Shown here piece by piece: positions 42,370 through 52,581 of a stretch of 64,000 nucleotides of DNA. Origin of the DNA: Actinomycetota bacterium (GTDB lineage Bacteria; Actinomycetota; Coriobacteriia; Anaerosomatales; PHET01); NCBI GenBank assembly GCA_037445775.1, contig JBBIJX010000003.1, positions 3,315 through 67,314 of the forward strand, given 5' to 3'. The position numbers and the translations under genes are program-made. Within the stretch, counting starts at the first letter, position 1. Each line of letters opens with the position of its first letter. The notes beneath the pieces were generated by a model. That model was not told where the DNA came from. It did no database searches and saw only the letters and a list, made by a program, of their open reading frames with translations.

Positions 42370-43185
42370 TCAATCCTGCGTCTCGAGTCCTCCCTGAATG
42401 TGCCGGATTATCTCCTGAGCGGCCTCTTCGACCGCGCGGTTGTCCGTGTGCACGACGAGACAGCCAAGGCGCCGCATGAACGCCCGAGCATCCTCGAGCT
42501 CTCGCTCGACGGCCTCGCGATCCGCATATCCCGGTACCGTTGTGCCGATCTCCCGCATGCGCCCGCGCCGGATCTCGAGCAGGACGCCCACCGACGTCAC
42601 GAGGCCGAACAGCTTCCGGCGGTCGACTTCGAACAGTTCGCGCGGTGGCGTCGTGCCCGGCGCGAGCGGCACGTTGGCCACACGCCACCCCTTGAACGCA
42701 AGGTACATGGCGAGCGGGGTCTTGCTCGTGCGCGACACACCCACCAGCACGATGTCGGCATCGAGCAGGCCCTCAGCGTTGCGCCCATCGTCGTGCTTGA
42801 CGGCGAACTCCATCGCCTCGATACGATCGAAGTAGTCCGCATCGGTGCGCCTGATGGCACCCGCCTCGCCGGCGGGATCGAGCCCGGTGATCGACTGTAA
42901 CAGCGCGACGGAGGGACCGAGCAGGTCCACGCCGTTCACCCCGTCGCGGCACAGCGTCTCCATCTCGCGGCGTAGTCCGATGTCGACGAGCGTGTAGAAG
43001 AAGATGCAGTGTCTTCCGCAGTGCGCGGTCACAACGGCTCTGAGTTGGTCAACGTCCTCGATCTTGACGAGCCGCTCGATACGGAACGCGCCGTCGTCGA
43101 ATTGCGCGGCGGCAGCACGTGCCACCATTTCGCCGGTCTCGCCTAGCGAATCCGAGACGACGTGGATAGCGACGGGGACGGCCAA
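42370..43185 (-). CDS. Pyruvate phosphate dikinase regulatory protein (bifunctional kinase/pyrophosphorylase, DUF299)
   Basis: VLVGVSRTSKTPLAMYLAFKGWRVANVPL P-loop signature. Immediately upstream of ppdK. Confidence 0.9.
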   Translation of the reverse strand: MAVPVAIHVVSDSLGETGEMVARAAAAQFDDGAFRIERLVKIEDVDQLRAVVTAHCGRHCIFFYTLVDIGLRREMETLCRDGVNGVDLLGPSVALLQSITGLDPAGEAGAIRRTDADYFDRIEAMEFAVKHDDGRNAEGLLDADIVLVGVSRTSKTPLAMYLAFKGWRVANVPLAPGTTPPRELFEVDRRKLFGLVTSVGVLLEIRRGRMREIGTTVPGYADREAVERELEDARAFMRRLGCLVVHTDNRAVEEAAQEIIRHIQGGLETQD

Positions 43186-43186
43186 G

Positions 43187-45259
43187 CTACCCTGCCAGGC
43201 GGCCGAAGTCAGCGAACGAGGCGAACGAGGCGACGAAGCGGTTCAGCAGCCGCAGCCGGTTCTCGCGAAGCGCTACGTCCTCGTCCATGACGAGGACCGC
43301 GTCGAAGAAGGCGTCTATGGGACCCCTCAGCGCGGCGAGCGACTCCAGAAGCGCGGAGTAGGCGCGCTGCTCCATGAGCTGGGCTGCGACCAACTCCGCC
43401 TCGTCGAGCGCATCAGCGAGCGCCGACTCTTCGCCGCCCATGATCGAGCGGTCCGCCAAGACGCCGAGCTCTGGACGAGAGAGGTTCTTCGCCCGCGCGT
43501 AGGCGACGGAGAGGTCCTCCATGTCATCACGCGCACCCCGGAACGCTGTGAGTGCCTCGCAGCGCGCGAGCGCGTCACCAGGATCGTCGGCGACCACGGC
43601 AAGCACCGCGCCGACCGTGTCGTAGGCGTGCCCGCGATCGCGCAGGATCGTCTCGAAGCGCCCCACGAAGAACTCCTTGACCGAGCGGCCCACATCCTCG
43701 ACGTCAAACGCCGCGGCCTCAGAGAGGCCCGACAGCGCAGCGGAGATGAGCGCGTCCAGCGTCACCGGCGTACCCGCGAGCCCCATCTGCAGGATACCGA
43801 TGGCGCTCCGCCGCAGCGCGAACGGGTCCGAGGTTCCCTTCGGCGCGAGCCCCGCCGCGAAGATGCCGCAGATCGTGTCGGCCCTGTCGGCGATTGAGAC
43901 AAGTCTCCCCGCGAGCGTCGATGGCAGGTCGTCTCCGGCGAAGCGCGGCCGGTAGTGTTCCTCTATGGCGGTCGCAACGCCGGCCTCCTCACCGGAGGCG
44001 AGCGCGAAGTGGCGCCCCATCGTGCCTTGCAGGTCCGTGAACTCCACGACGCAGTTCGTGACCAGGTCGGCCTTCGCGAGATGAGCCGCGCGGAGCGCGA
44101 ACGCGGTCTGATCCGCCGGAGCGTCCACCATCTCGGCGAGCAATCCGGTCAGGCGCTCAACGCGTGCGGCCTTGTCGGCGAGCGTGCCGAGCCGCACCTG
44201 GAAGACAACGCTCGATAGCTTGGCAAGCCACCGCTCGAGCGGCACCTTGAGGTCCTCTTCCCAGAAGAATGCCGCATCAGCGAGGCGCGCGCGGATAACA
44301 CGCTCGTGACCGCGTACGATCCGCTCGGTCTGCCCTGGCGCGCCGTTGTGCACCACGATGAATCGGTTGTCGAGCGAGCCGTCGGCGCGCTCCAAAGCGA
44401 AGTAGCGCTGGTGACTTGACATGGCGTGGACGAGCATCTCGCGGGGTACGCTCAAGAACTCCTCGTCAAAGGTGCCCACAGCCGCGGTGGGCCACTCGAC
44501 GAGGTTCACGACCTCGGCGAAGGTGGACCGGTCCACGACCGCACCGCCGCCGTACTCAGACGCCGCCTCTGCTATCCCTTCCCGAATCACCTTGGCCCGG
44601 GTCTCGTGGTCGACCAGGACGTTCGCCCGTTCGAGCAACTCTGGGTAGTCCGCCGCCAACGGGATCACAACCGGCCCAGGCGACAGCAGACGATGCCCGT
44701 ACGTCACATTGCCCGCCACGAGCCCGGCGAACTCAACGGGGATGACCTCGTCGCCGAACACGCAGAGCAACCACCGCACCGGTCGAGGGAAGCGCGCCGT
44801 TCCCGAGCCCCAGCGCTGCGACTTCGCCCACTCGAGGCTCTCGGCGAGGCGCGCGAGCAGGGCCGGGAGCACCTCTGTCGCCGGCACACCGCTCGTGTGC
44901 ACGGTCGCGAAGACGTACTCGCCGCCGCCCTCCTCGCGAACCGTGAGGGAATCGACGTCGACGCCCTTGCCGCGCGCGAACCCGATAGCGGCCTGCGTGG
45001 GAGCGCCGTCCGCGTCGAACGCGACCTTCGCAGCAGGGCCTTTCGCCTCGGTCACGGCGTCGCCTTGGCGTTCGGCGAGCGAGTGTATCAGCACGGCGAT
45101 GCGCCTCGGCGACGCGAGTACCGCAGTGCCGTTGTAGGTGAGCCGCGCGTCATCCAGCGCTTTGGGGATCTCGACCTGCAGCTGCTCGATCGCCGCGTAG
45201 ACCGCGCTCGAAGGAAGTTCTTCGGTGCCGATCTCGAAGACGAGGTCGCGTACGCTCAC
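43187..45259 (-). CDS. glyS: Glycyl-tRNA synthetase beta subunit
   Basis: 690 aa with the [10 protein letters not shown]-terminal motif. Overlaps the glyQ stop. Confidence 0.92.
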   Translation of the reverse strand: MSVRDLVFEIGTEELPSSAVYAAIEQLQVEIPKALDDARLTYNGTAVLASPRRIAVLIHSLAERQGDAVTEAKGPAAKVAFDADGAPTQAAIGFARGKGVDVDSLTVREEGGGEYVFATVHTSGVPATEVLPALLARLAESLEWAKSQRWGSGTARFPRPVRWLLCVFGDEVIPVEFAGLVAGNVTYGHRLLSPGPVVIPLAADYPELLERANVLVDHETRAKVIREGIAEAASEYGGGAVVDRSTFAEVVNLVEWPTAAVGTFDEEFLSVPREMLVHAMSSHQRYFALERADGSLDNRFIVVHNGAPGQTERIVRGHERVIRARLADAAFFWEEDLKVPLERWLAKLSSVVFQVRLGTLADKAARVERLTGLLAEMVDAPADQTAFALRAAHLAKADLVTNCVVEFTDLQGTMGRHFALASGEEAGVATAIEEHYRPRFAGDDLPSTLAGRLVSIADRADTICGIFAAGLAPKGTSDPFALRRSAIGILQMGLAGTPVTLDALISAALSGLSEAAAFDVEDVGRSVKEFFVGRFETILRDRGHAYDTVGAVLAVVADDPGDALARCEALTAFRGARDDMEDLSVAYARAKNLSRPELGVLADRSIMGGEESALADALDEAELVAAQLMEQRAYSALLESLAALRGPIDAFFDAVLVMDEDVALRENRLRLLNRFVASFASFADFGRLAG

Positions 45260-46179
45260 GATGCCTCACCCCCTTCCGGAGAGGCCGCATCTTCTTCGGC
45301 CTCGCCCTCTAAGGGCGTGACAAGCTCGAGGTAGGCGGCGCAGCACGCTTTGGCGAGGGCGCGCACGCGCAGGATGTAACCCTGCCGTTCGGTCACGCTG
45401 ATAGCGCCTCGCGCGTCGAGCAGGTTGAACGCGTGCGAACACTTGAGCACGTAGTCGTATGCTGGGAGCACATAGCCCGCCTCAAGGGTGCGCTGGCACT
45501 CCGCCTCGTACGTGCCGAACAGCTGGAGGAGCATTTCGACGTCGGCGACCTCGAAGTTGTACGCGGAGTACTGCTGCTCGTTGCGGAGGAAGACATCGCC
45601 GTAGGTGAAGGTCACGCCGTCGTCGCCTTCGGCCCAGACGAGATCGTAAACGCTGTCGACCCCTTGGATGTACATGGCGAGGCGCTCAAGTCCGTAGGTG
45701 ATCTCCGCGGGCACAGGCCGACACTCGAAGCCTCCCACCTGCTGGAAGTAGGTGAACTGGGTTACCTCCATGCCGTTCAGCCACACCTCCCAGCCCAAGC
45801 CCCACGCGCCCAATGTCGGCGACTCCCAGTCGTCCTCGACGAGGCGCACGTCGTGTTCTGACGGCTCGATGCCGATGGCTCTGAGCGAGTCGAAGTACTG
45901 CTCGAGTACGTCGTCTGGGCTCGGCTTGAGAATGACTTGGTACTGGTAGTAGTGCTGAAGCCGGTTCGGGTTCTCGCCGTAGCGTCCGTCCGTGGGGCGG
46001 CGCGACGGCTGCACGTAAGCGGTGCGCCACGCTTCAGGGCCAAGCGAGCGAAGCGTGGTCGCGGGGTGGAACGTACCGGCGCCGACCTCTGTGTCGTATG
46101 GCTGCACCACCACACAACCCTTGTCGGCCCAGTAGCGCGACAGCGCCAGGATCATGTCCTGGAACGTGAGCGTAGCCAT
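45256..46179 (-). CDS. glyQ: Glycyl-tRNA synthetase alpha subunit
   Basis: [35 protein letters not shown]. Start at ATG 46179, preceded by GAGGAG. Confidence 0.93.
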   Translation of the reverse strand: MATLTFQDMILALSRYWADKGCVVVQPYDTEVGAGTFHPATTLRSLGPEAWRTAYVQPSRRPTDGRYGENPNRLQHYYQYQVILKPSPDDVLEQYFDSLRAIGIEPSEHDVRLVEDDWESPTLGAWGLGWEVWLNGMEVTQFTYFQQVGGFECRPVPAEITYGLERLAMYIQGVDSVYDLVWAEGDDGVTFTYGDVFLRNEQQYSAYNFEVADVEMLLQLFGTYEAECQRTLEAGYVLPAYDYVLKCSHAFNLLDARGAISVTERQGYILRVRALAKACCAAYLELVTPLEGEAEEDAASPEGGEAS

Positions 46180-46288
46180 CGTGCGAAATCTCCTCAGGAA
46201 ACGGACCCGTGCCCCTGTCACGGGTGTCGAAACATCTTACATGACGAACGCCCGCCACAAGCGTCGCGCGGCAAGGAGCACTTCTGAC

Positions 46289-47038
46289 TCAGCCGAGCTG
46301 CGCAGCATAGTAGTCGAGCGCCTTGACGCGCGCTGACAGATGATAGGCGATGAAACTCCGCATCAGCGCGAAACAGTCGCTCACCGCGGCGTCGGGTGGC
46401 GGCGAAGCGGAAACACTTGCCATCGTCGTGTTCAGAAGAGCGGACAACCACGCCCGGGTCTCGTTGGGCATCGCGAGCGTGGCCGTGTCGAGCGAGCCGC
46501 ACTCGAGGCAGACCGCTCCTCCATGCACGAGCGAGAACGCTCCGCCCTCGACTGATTCCCTGGCACACAGCGCACACGCTTCGAGTTCAGGCCGATAGCC
46601 GTGCATCGCCATGGCCTTGACGAGAAAGGCCGTGACTAGCGCCGGCAGCGACGCCGGAGGCGCGCTCTCCATCGCGCTGAGCGTAGTCGCGCCCAGGGCG
46701 AAAAGCCGCGGCTCGACCTGGCCTTCGAGCGAGATGCGGTCGAGCAGCCCGGCCACGACCGCAGCGGCGGCAGAGCGGTCGAGGTCCTCACGCAGTCCTG
46801 CGTGGGTCGTGGCCGTGCGAACCTCGGTGACCACCTCGAGTGAGGCGCCTGTGTGGAGCAGAAGATCGACTACGGCGAACGGCTCGAGACGTCCGCCGAA
46901 ACGCGAACCTGGCTTGCGAAGACCCTTCGCCACCGCGCGCACTTGGCTGCCGTCTTGGGCGAGTAGCGTGAGGATCGTGTCCGTCTCACCCAGCTTGGTC
47001 TTGCGCAGGACGAGCGCGGTCAACGGATATGGCGGCAT
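46289..47038 (-). CDS. recO: DNA repair protein RecO
   Basis: LVLRKTKLGETDTILTLL OB-fold N-terminus and the Zn finger CALC...CLECG. Start at ATG 47038. The track N-terminal 98 aa are Arg/Pro-rich junk overlapping deoC. Confidence 0.85.
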   Translation of the reverse strand: MPPYPLTALVLRKTKLGETDTILTLLAQDGSQVRAVAKGLRKPGSRFGGRLEPFAVVDLLLHTGASLEVVTEVRTATTHAGLREDLDRSAAAAVVAGLLDRISLEGQVEPRLFALGATTLSAMESAPPASLPALVTAFLVKAMAMHGYRPELEACALCARESVEGGAFSLVHGGAVCLECGSLDTATLAMPNETRAWLSALLNTTMASVSASPPPDAAVSDCFALMRSFIAYHLSARVKALDYYAAQLG

Positions 47039-47069
47039 CCTGGAGCGTCCGAACCCGTGCCCGCAGCGC

Positions 47070-47762
47070 CTACAGGCCCCGCGCCTGCGCCTGCGCGAGG
47101 ATCTCCAGGCCGGCGGAGGTACCGATGCGGTTCGCACCGGCCGACAACATCGCAAGCGCAGCATCGAGGTCTCGGATGCCCCCGGCCGCTTTGACGCCCA
47201 CCTCGGTCCCCACCGCCATGCGCATGAGCTCGACGTCACGCTCGCTCGCGCCGCGCGGACCGAACCCGGTCGACGTCTTGACGAAGGCGGCGCCGGCCTC
47301 GGCGGCGATCTCACTGGCGCGCGAGACTCCATCTTCGGTCAGGCGTCCCGTTTCAAGAATGACCTTCACGAGGCCCGAACCCTCGCTCGCCTCCGACACC
47401 GCGGTGACGACCGCCGCGATGTCATCACGTACGAACGCTTCCTCACCCTCGAGGAACGCAGCGACGTTCATGACCATGTCCACCTCGGCGCATCCGAGCT
47501 CGACAAGATGCACAGCCTCTTCTGCCTTGGTTTCGGTGAGCGCATAGCCGAATGGGAAGCCCGCCACCGAACAGACCGCAGTGACCGTCCCCGCCGTGTG
47601 CTGCGTGGCGAGCGGCACGAGGAACGGCGAGACACACAGCGTGGCAAAGCCTCTGTCACGCGCCTCCTCCATCCACGCCACCGCTTCACCCATGCCGGCC
47701 GTCGGCTTGAGCATCGTCTGGTCGATCGTCGTTGCCAGCGTCGAAATGTCGACAGGGCTCAT
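47070..47762 (-). CDS. deoC: Deoxyribose-phosphate aldolase
   Basis: TIDQTMLKP, VDMVMN, KVILET and FVKTSTGFG (Schiff-base Lys). Confidence 0.9.
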   Translation of the reverse strand: MSPVDISTLATTIDQTMLKPTAGMGEAVAWMEEARDRGFATLCVSPFLVPLATQHTAGTVTAVCSVAGFPFGYALTETKAEEAVHLVELGCAEVDMVMNVAAFLEGEEAFVRDDIAAVVTAVSEASEGSGLVKVILETGRLTEDGVSRASEIAAEAGAAFVKTSTGFGPRGASERDVELMRMAVGTEVGVKAAGGIRDLDAALAMLSAGANRIGTSAGLEILAQAQARGL

Positions 47763-48700
47763 AGCCCCTCCCCGTAGCCGAACCGCCGGATCTGCGACGC
47801 ATCCCGGCGCCAGTCCTTCCTGACTTTGACCGTGAGCTCGAGATAGACCTTCGTACCCAGCAAGCGCTCAAGATCGAGACGCGCCTCGCTACCGACGCGC
47901 TTGATGAGCTCACCGCCCTTCCCGATGATGATGCCCTTCTGCGAATCGCGCTCAACGTAGATGACCGCCCAGATGCGGGTCAGATCCTTTCCCCGAACCT
48001 CTTCGAGCTCCTCGACTTGAACCCCCACTGCGTGAGGCACCTCGTCGCGTGTCAGACGCAGGATCTTCTCTCGAACGAACTCGGCGATCATCACCCGGAG
48101 TGGCTGATCGGTGGGCATGTCGCGCGGGAACCAGCGCGGCCCTTCGGGCAGATGGCGAACCACGGCCTCGTAGAAGCCCTCGACGTTGAACCCCTCGACG
48201 GCCGAGAGCACGACGGTGTCGTCAAAGTCCGCGAGCGCTCCGGCATCCCTGATCTGGGATTCGACCTGTTCTGCGGTGGCGATGTCGGCCTTGGTGATCA
48301 CGAGTATCCGGTGGCGGACGCCGCGTGCCTTCGCAACGTGCTCCGCCACCCAGCGATCCCCACCGCCGACGAGCTTCGTGGCATCGACCAGCAGCGCCAC
48401 CACATCGACGTCCTCGAGGGCCTTCAGCGCGGAGCGGTTCAGCTCCTCGCCCAGTGCGTCGTGCGGCTTGTGAAGCCCGGGCGTGTCGACGAGGACGACT
48501 TGGGCGTCGTCGCGGTCGAGCACCGCGCGCAAGCGGTGGCGCGTAGTCTGCGGCGTGTCGCTCGTGATCGCGACCTTCGCGCCGACGAGCGCGTTGACGA
48601 GCGTGGACTTGCCGGCGTTCGGCCTGCCCACGAGCGCGACGAAGCCCGAGCGAAGCCCGCCAGACCCGGAGTCCGTGGCAACGCCGCGAGGTTCGGCCAC
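47759..48700 (-). CDS. era: GTPase Era
   Basis: GRPNAGKSTL, DTPG and TKAD G-motifs, plus a C-terminal KH domain. Confidence 0.92.
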   Translation of the reverse strand: MAEPRGVATDSGSGGLRSGFVALVGRPNAGKSTLVNALVGAKVAITSDTPQTTRHRLRAVLDRDDAQVVLVDTPGLHKPHDALGEELNRSALKALEDVDVVALLVDATKLVGGGDRWVAEHVAKARGVRHRILVITKADIATAEQVESQIRDAGALADFDDTVVLSAVEGFNVEGFYEAVVRHLPEGPRWFPRDMPTDQPLRVMIAEFVREKILRLTRDEVPHAVGVQVEELEEVRGKDLTRIWAVIYVERDSQKGIIIGKGGELIKRVGSEARLDLERLLGTKVYLELTVKVRKDWRRDASQIRRFGYGEGL

Positions 48701-48701
48701 C

Positions 48702-49124
48702 CTACTTCGTCTCGTCCTGGTCGAGGAACCCGCGCTGGAACGACTCGGGCAGCAGCTCGTCGAGGGTCATGACCATGACATCGTCGCGCTGCCCGCCCAT
48801 GATCACCCGCATCTCGGGGTTGAACTCCGCGAGCACCTGTCGGCAGCAACCGCACGGCACGCAGGGCGCGGCCGAGTCGCCCACGATCGCAACCGCCGTG
48901 ATGTTGCGGAATCCCGCCGAGACCGCGCGGGCGACGGCGGCCTGTTCGGCGCAGATTGTCGAAGCGTACGCGGCGTTCTCGATGTTGCAGCCTTGAAAAG
49001 TCTCGCCCTCTTCCGTGTGGACCGCCGCGCCCACCCGATACATCGAGTACGGCGCATAGGCACGCTCCTGAGCCTCACGTGCGAATGCGAGCAGTACGAG
49101 GTCAGGCTGGGTCAGGTTATGCAT
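48702..49124 (-). CDS. cdd: Cytidine deaminase
   Basis: CAEQAA and PCVPCGCCRQ zinc motifs. I prefer ATG 49124 (MHNLTQ). Confidence 0.88.
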   Translation of the reverse strand: MHNLTQPDLVLLAFAREAQERAYAPYSMYRVGAAVHTEEGETFQGCNIENAAYASTICAEQAAVARAVSAGFRNITAVAIVGDSAAPCVPCGCCRQVLAEFNPEMRVIMGGQRDDVMVMTLDELLPESFQRGFLDQDETK

Positions 49125-50367
49125 CGTGCGCTCCTTTGTCCTCGCGCGGCGCCGACTCAACGAGCAGCTGCCGGATGCGGGTCCCCTCCAACTCCGTCAC
49201 CACCAAGCGCAGCCCTTCGAACTCCACTGACTCGTTGAGCTCCGGGATGCGTCCCGCAGCCTGGGTGAACAACCCGCCTACCGAGTCCGCGTCCGTATCA
49301 AGGTCGGTTCCGAAGGCCTCGTTGAGGTCATCCACTGGCAACCGCGCGTCGACCCGGAAGCGGCCTCGGCCCAGGTCCTCGATGAGCGCCTCCTCGCGGT
49401 CGTACTCGTCAGCGATGTCACCTACGATCTCCTCGAGCAGGTCTTCGAGGGTCACCAGCCCTGACGTGCCGCCGTACTCGTCGGCCACGATCGCGATGTG
49501 GGTGCGCGTGCGCATCTCGCGCAAGAGCTCCTCGACCGGCTTTGTCTCTGGCACGAAGTACGGCTCTCTGACGAGCGCGGCCAATGATACGTCCTCGCTG
49601 TTGTGCAACGCGGCGAGCAGGTCCTTCGCAAACAGCACGCCGCAGATGTCGTCGATCGTGTCGCTGTAGACGGGCACACGCGACACGCCAGTCGTGGAGA
49701 TGAGATTGACCGCGTCGGCGACGCTCGCGGTGTCCTGGAGCGCATGCATGTCGGTACGCGGCACCATGACCTCGCGCACGACCTTGTCGGCGAAGTCGCT
49801 GACCGCTTCGAGCAGCGCCTCCTCGGCCCCTTCGCGTTCGGACTCAGTATCCGAGTCCAACGTGCCGCGCCACTCCGGCGTCACCGCCCAAGGCGAGAAG
49901 GGACGCTCGGCGCCTGTGAGAGAGATCGCCCACTTCCACGGTCCCACGAGGACCCGCGCGACCGGGTAGATGACGCCGATCAATCCGTGGGTGAACGGCG
50001 CGGAGTCGAGCGCGACGCGCTCCGGATTGGTCACCGCCAGCGTACGCGGCAGCGCCTGCGTCACCGAGTAGCAGACGAGCACGCTCACAGCGCCGGTAAC
50101 CACCGCCGTGGCCCATCCCACCTCGAGACCCGCGAGCACCCCGGTGAATCCGGCAGCGGCATACGCAAGCGCCGCCACGAGCTCGCGAACCGCACGCAAC
50201 CGGTGACGGTCGTCAGCTAGCATGTCGAGCGCACGCCCGCCGCGCCGATCCGCCTCGGCAAGACGGTGGATGCGTCCAGGAGCGAGCATGAGGACGGCAG
50301 TCTCCGAGGCGGCAAGCAGCGTCGAGACTACCGCGAGGATGATGGCGATGATGAGTGCGATGACCAC
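49117..50367 (-). CDS. CNNM/TlyC/CorC-family protein (DUF21 - CBS pair - CorC_HlyC)
   Basis: N-terminal 4-TM DUF21, a CBS pair (VREVMVPRTDM...), and a C-terminal transporter-associated domain. Confidence 0.85.
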   Translation of the reverse strand: MVIALIIAIILAVVSTLLAASETAVLMLAPGRIHRLAEADRRGGRALDMLADDRHRLRAVRELVAALAYAAAGFTGVLAGLEVGWATAVVTGAVSVLVCYSVTQALPRTLAVTNPERVALDSAPFTHGLIGVIYPVARVLVGPWKWAISLTGAERPFSPWAVTPEWRGTLDSDTESEREGAEEALLEAVSDFADKVVREVMVPRTDMHALQDTASVADAVNLISTTGVSRVPVYSDTIDDICGVLFAKDLLAALHNSEDVSLAALVREPYFVPETKPVEELLREMRTRTHIAIVADEYGGTSGLVTLEDLLEEIVGDIADEYDREEALIEDLGRGRFRVDARLPVDDLNEAFGTDLDTDADSVGGLFTQAAGRIPELNESVEFEGLRLVVTELEGTRIRQLLVESAPREDKGAHDA

Positions 50368-50412
50368 GACTGCGAGAACGCCTCCCTGTGTCCGGCTACG
50401 CCGTATGAACGC

Positions 50413-51147
50413 CTATCCGAAGAATACCTGAAAGACGACGGTGGTCAGCAGGACGCCGAGCACTGCGCCAAGAGCACTCTGCCAGACGGTGTGGATCTCG
50501 GCCTCGATGCGGCTCTGGACTACGAGGAACGCGACGAACAACGCGAGCGCGAGCGCGGCGGCGCTCTCCGTGACGAACCCGATGATCGCGGCGGCGGAGA
50601 ACGCGAGAGCCGCGTGCCCGCTAGGCCACCCGCCGGAAAGCCACGTTCCTTCCCGGGTGGCCGCCTTGAGGACGAGTACCGCCAGAACCACCACCCCGAG
50701 GGTGATGACGGTGAGATCCGGTGTGGCGAAGCGCACGATGTCGAGACCGTGCTGCAACACGTCGCGGACGCGGTCGAAAAGCACGAGGTAGGCGACGAAC
50801 AACGCGTTGACGGCCGCGACGAGCACCGCTGCAGCCGCGACGTCCTTCGCGGTCTTGGCGAGCGGGTCGTAGCGATCAACCGAGATGTCGACCGCCGCCT
50901 CGACAGCTGTGTTGATGAGTTCAGTCACGAGCACGAGCACGATCGCGAAAAGCACTGCCACAAGTTCGCTGCGCGTGACCCCGATGAGCAGGCTGCCAAT
51001 GGCGACGGACAACGCGATGGCGACATGGACGCGCATGTTGCGCTGCGTGCGCAGTGTGTAGACGATTCCTTGGATCGCATAGTTGAAGCTCCACAGGATG
51101 GAGCCGCGGCTCGGCGGTCGCACGGAGCTCAGAACGCCGCCGACCAT
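50413..51147 (-). CDS. dgkA: Fusion: prokaryotic diacylglycerol/undecaprenol kinase (DgkA) + PAP2-like phosphatase half
   Basis: The N-terminal half (FNYAIQGIVYTLRTQRNMRVH...ELINTAVEAAVD) is DgkA. The C-terminal half carries PSGH and SRIEAEIH, PAP2 motifs C2 and C3. Start uncertain: ATG 51147 or GTG 51123. Confidence 0.75.
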   Translation of the reverse strand: MVGGVLSSVRPPSRGSILWSFNYAIQGIVYTLRTQRNMRVHVAIALSVAIGSLLIGVTRSELVAVLFAIVLVLVTELINTAVEAAVDISVDRYDPLAKTAKDVAAAAVLVAAVNALFVAYLVLFDRVRDVLQHGLDIVRFATPDLTVITLGVVVLAVLVLKAATREGTWLSGGWPSGHAALAFSAAAIIGFVTESAAALALALFVAFLVVQSRIEAEIHTVWQSALGAVLGVLLTTVVFQVFFG

Positions 51148-51578
51148 GCCTCGAGCAACGAGCGTTCGCGAAGTTGCATCGCGGCGGCGGCCTCGTCCTC
51201 TTCGTGGTCGTAGCCGAGCAAGTGCAAGACCCCGTGGACGAGCAGCAAGTTCAACTCCTCCTCGACCGTGTGGCCGTACTCCTCGGCCTGGCGCTCGGCT
51301 ACCTCAGGCGCAAGGACGACGTCACCGAGCGTCACGGGCTCGCCGGGCTCGACGACCGCACACGGGTCGTCACACGGGAACGACAACACGTCGGTGGGTC
51401 CTTCCTTCTCGCGGAAGCGTCCGTTGAGTTCGACCATCTCGTCGAGCTCTACTATGGCGATGGACAGCTCGACCGCCACAGGCGCCTCCTCGCGCTCGAG
51501 CACGAACACCGCGAGGCGCTCGAAGGCCACGAGATCGAGGGGCTCAGGTTCGCGATGGCTGACGACGCTGATCTGCAT
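51129..51578 (-). CDS. ybeY: rRNA maturation endoribonuclease YbeY
   Basis: HGVLHLLGYDH zinc motif. Start at ATG 51578, preceded by GAAGGAGGG. Confidence 0.9.
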   Translation of the reverse strand: MQISVVSHREPEPLDLVAFERLAVFVLEREEAPVAVELSIAIVELDEMVELNGRFREKEGPTDVLSFPCDDPCAVVEPGEPVTLGDVVLAPEVAERQAEEYGHTVEEELNLLLVHGVLHLLGYDHEEDEAAAAMQLRERSLLEAWSAAF

Positions 51579-52581
51579 GACCCTCCTTCGCCTGAGTTCC
51601 CAGATGCCGCGGATACTCGCATCGTGCATGGAGCATACCCACGAGCATGCGCGTGAACATCGTGATGACGTGGTTGAGCTGCTCAGGCGAGAGGTCAGTG
51701 AGTTCAAGCTGACGGTCGTCGATCTTGTCCTCGATGACACCGCGCACGACAAGCGCGATCTCGTCGGCGTCAGGGTTCGTCAGCGCGCGCACCGCGGCCT
51801 CACTCGCATCGGCGAGCATGACCAACGCTGCCTCACGGGTCGTGGGGTGGCCGCCATGGTAGCGGAAGTCGCTCTCCACGACGCCCGGTTCGCTCGCTTG
51901 GGCCTTGTGGTAGAAGTAGCGGATAAGCGAGGTTCCGTGGTGCTCACGGATAACATCTATGACCGGTTGCGGCAGCTCGTACTCCTCGGCTAGTTCAAGC
52001 CCGTCGGTCACGTGCGCGGTGATGATCAGCGCCGAGTAGGACGGCCGCTCGAGGTCGTGGGGGTTCACATCCTCGGCGAGATTCTCGAAGAAGTAGCACG
52101 GCCGCTTGATCTTGCCGATGTCGTGGTAGTAAGCACCCACACGGGCGAGCAGCGGGTCGGCGCCAACCGCCTCCGCAGCGCACTCTGCGAGGCTCGCCGT
52201 CGCCAGCGAGTGCGCGTACGTTCCCGGCGCTTCGGTCATCAGCCGCTTCAGGAGCGGGTGCACCGGGCTCGCCGCTTCGATGAGCCGCACATCGGCTCGG
52301 CGGATGAGGAAGCGTCGCGCCACCGGAACCGCCACGATACCGAGCGCGGCCGCCACGAAGGCCCCGAGACCGCCCCAGAGCGCCGCCTGCGAGGCCTCAG
52401 CGGTAGAGGAGTCCGCGAGCCTGTCGCCCACGTACGCGACCGCCGCGCCGATGAGCGAAGCCGCCACGACAGCCGCGAACGCCACGAGCAGGAAGATGCG
52501 ACGGGTCTTCGGGCGCATCGCAAGTGCGTGCGACGTGAGACGAGGCACGCGCGGTGGGCGAAGCATCTCAGCCGGAGCCAT
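51544..52581 (-). CDS. Membrane-anchored HD/HDIG phosphohydrolase, PgpH (YqfF)-like but short
   Basis: HSLATASLAECAA...YYHDIGKIKRPCYFFEN...REHHG is an HD-superfamily domain as in 7TMR-HD proteins. Only ~3 N-terminal TM helices. Start uncertain (52581, 52566 or 52518). Confidence 0.78.
   Translation of the reverse strand: MAPAEMLRPPRVPRLTSHALAMRPKTRRIFLLVAFAAVVAASLIGAAVAYVGDRLADSSTAEASQAALWGGLGAFVAAALGIVAVPVARRFLIRRADVRLIEAASPVHPLLKRLMTEAPGTYAHSLATASLAECAAEAVGADPLLARVGAYYHDIGKIKRPCYFFENLAEDVNPHDLERPSYSALIITAHVTDGLELAEEYELPQPVIDVIREHHGTSLIRYFYHKAQASEPGVVESDFRYHGGHPTTREAALVMLADASEAAVRALTNPDADEIALVVRGVIEDKIDDRQLELTDLSPEQLNHVITMFTRMLVGMLHARCEYPRHLGTQAKEGHADQRRQPSRT

Noticed and set aside
46180-46288. 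Possible T-box leader upstream of glyQS
   Set aside because: Only ~109 nt are available between recO and glyQ. I find no T-box consensus (AANNNGGGTGGTACCGCG-like) and no specifier-loop architecture. There is just a short hairpin, ACCCGTG-ACAGGGG-CACGGGT.
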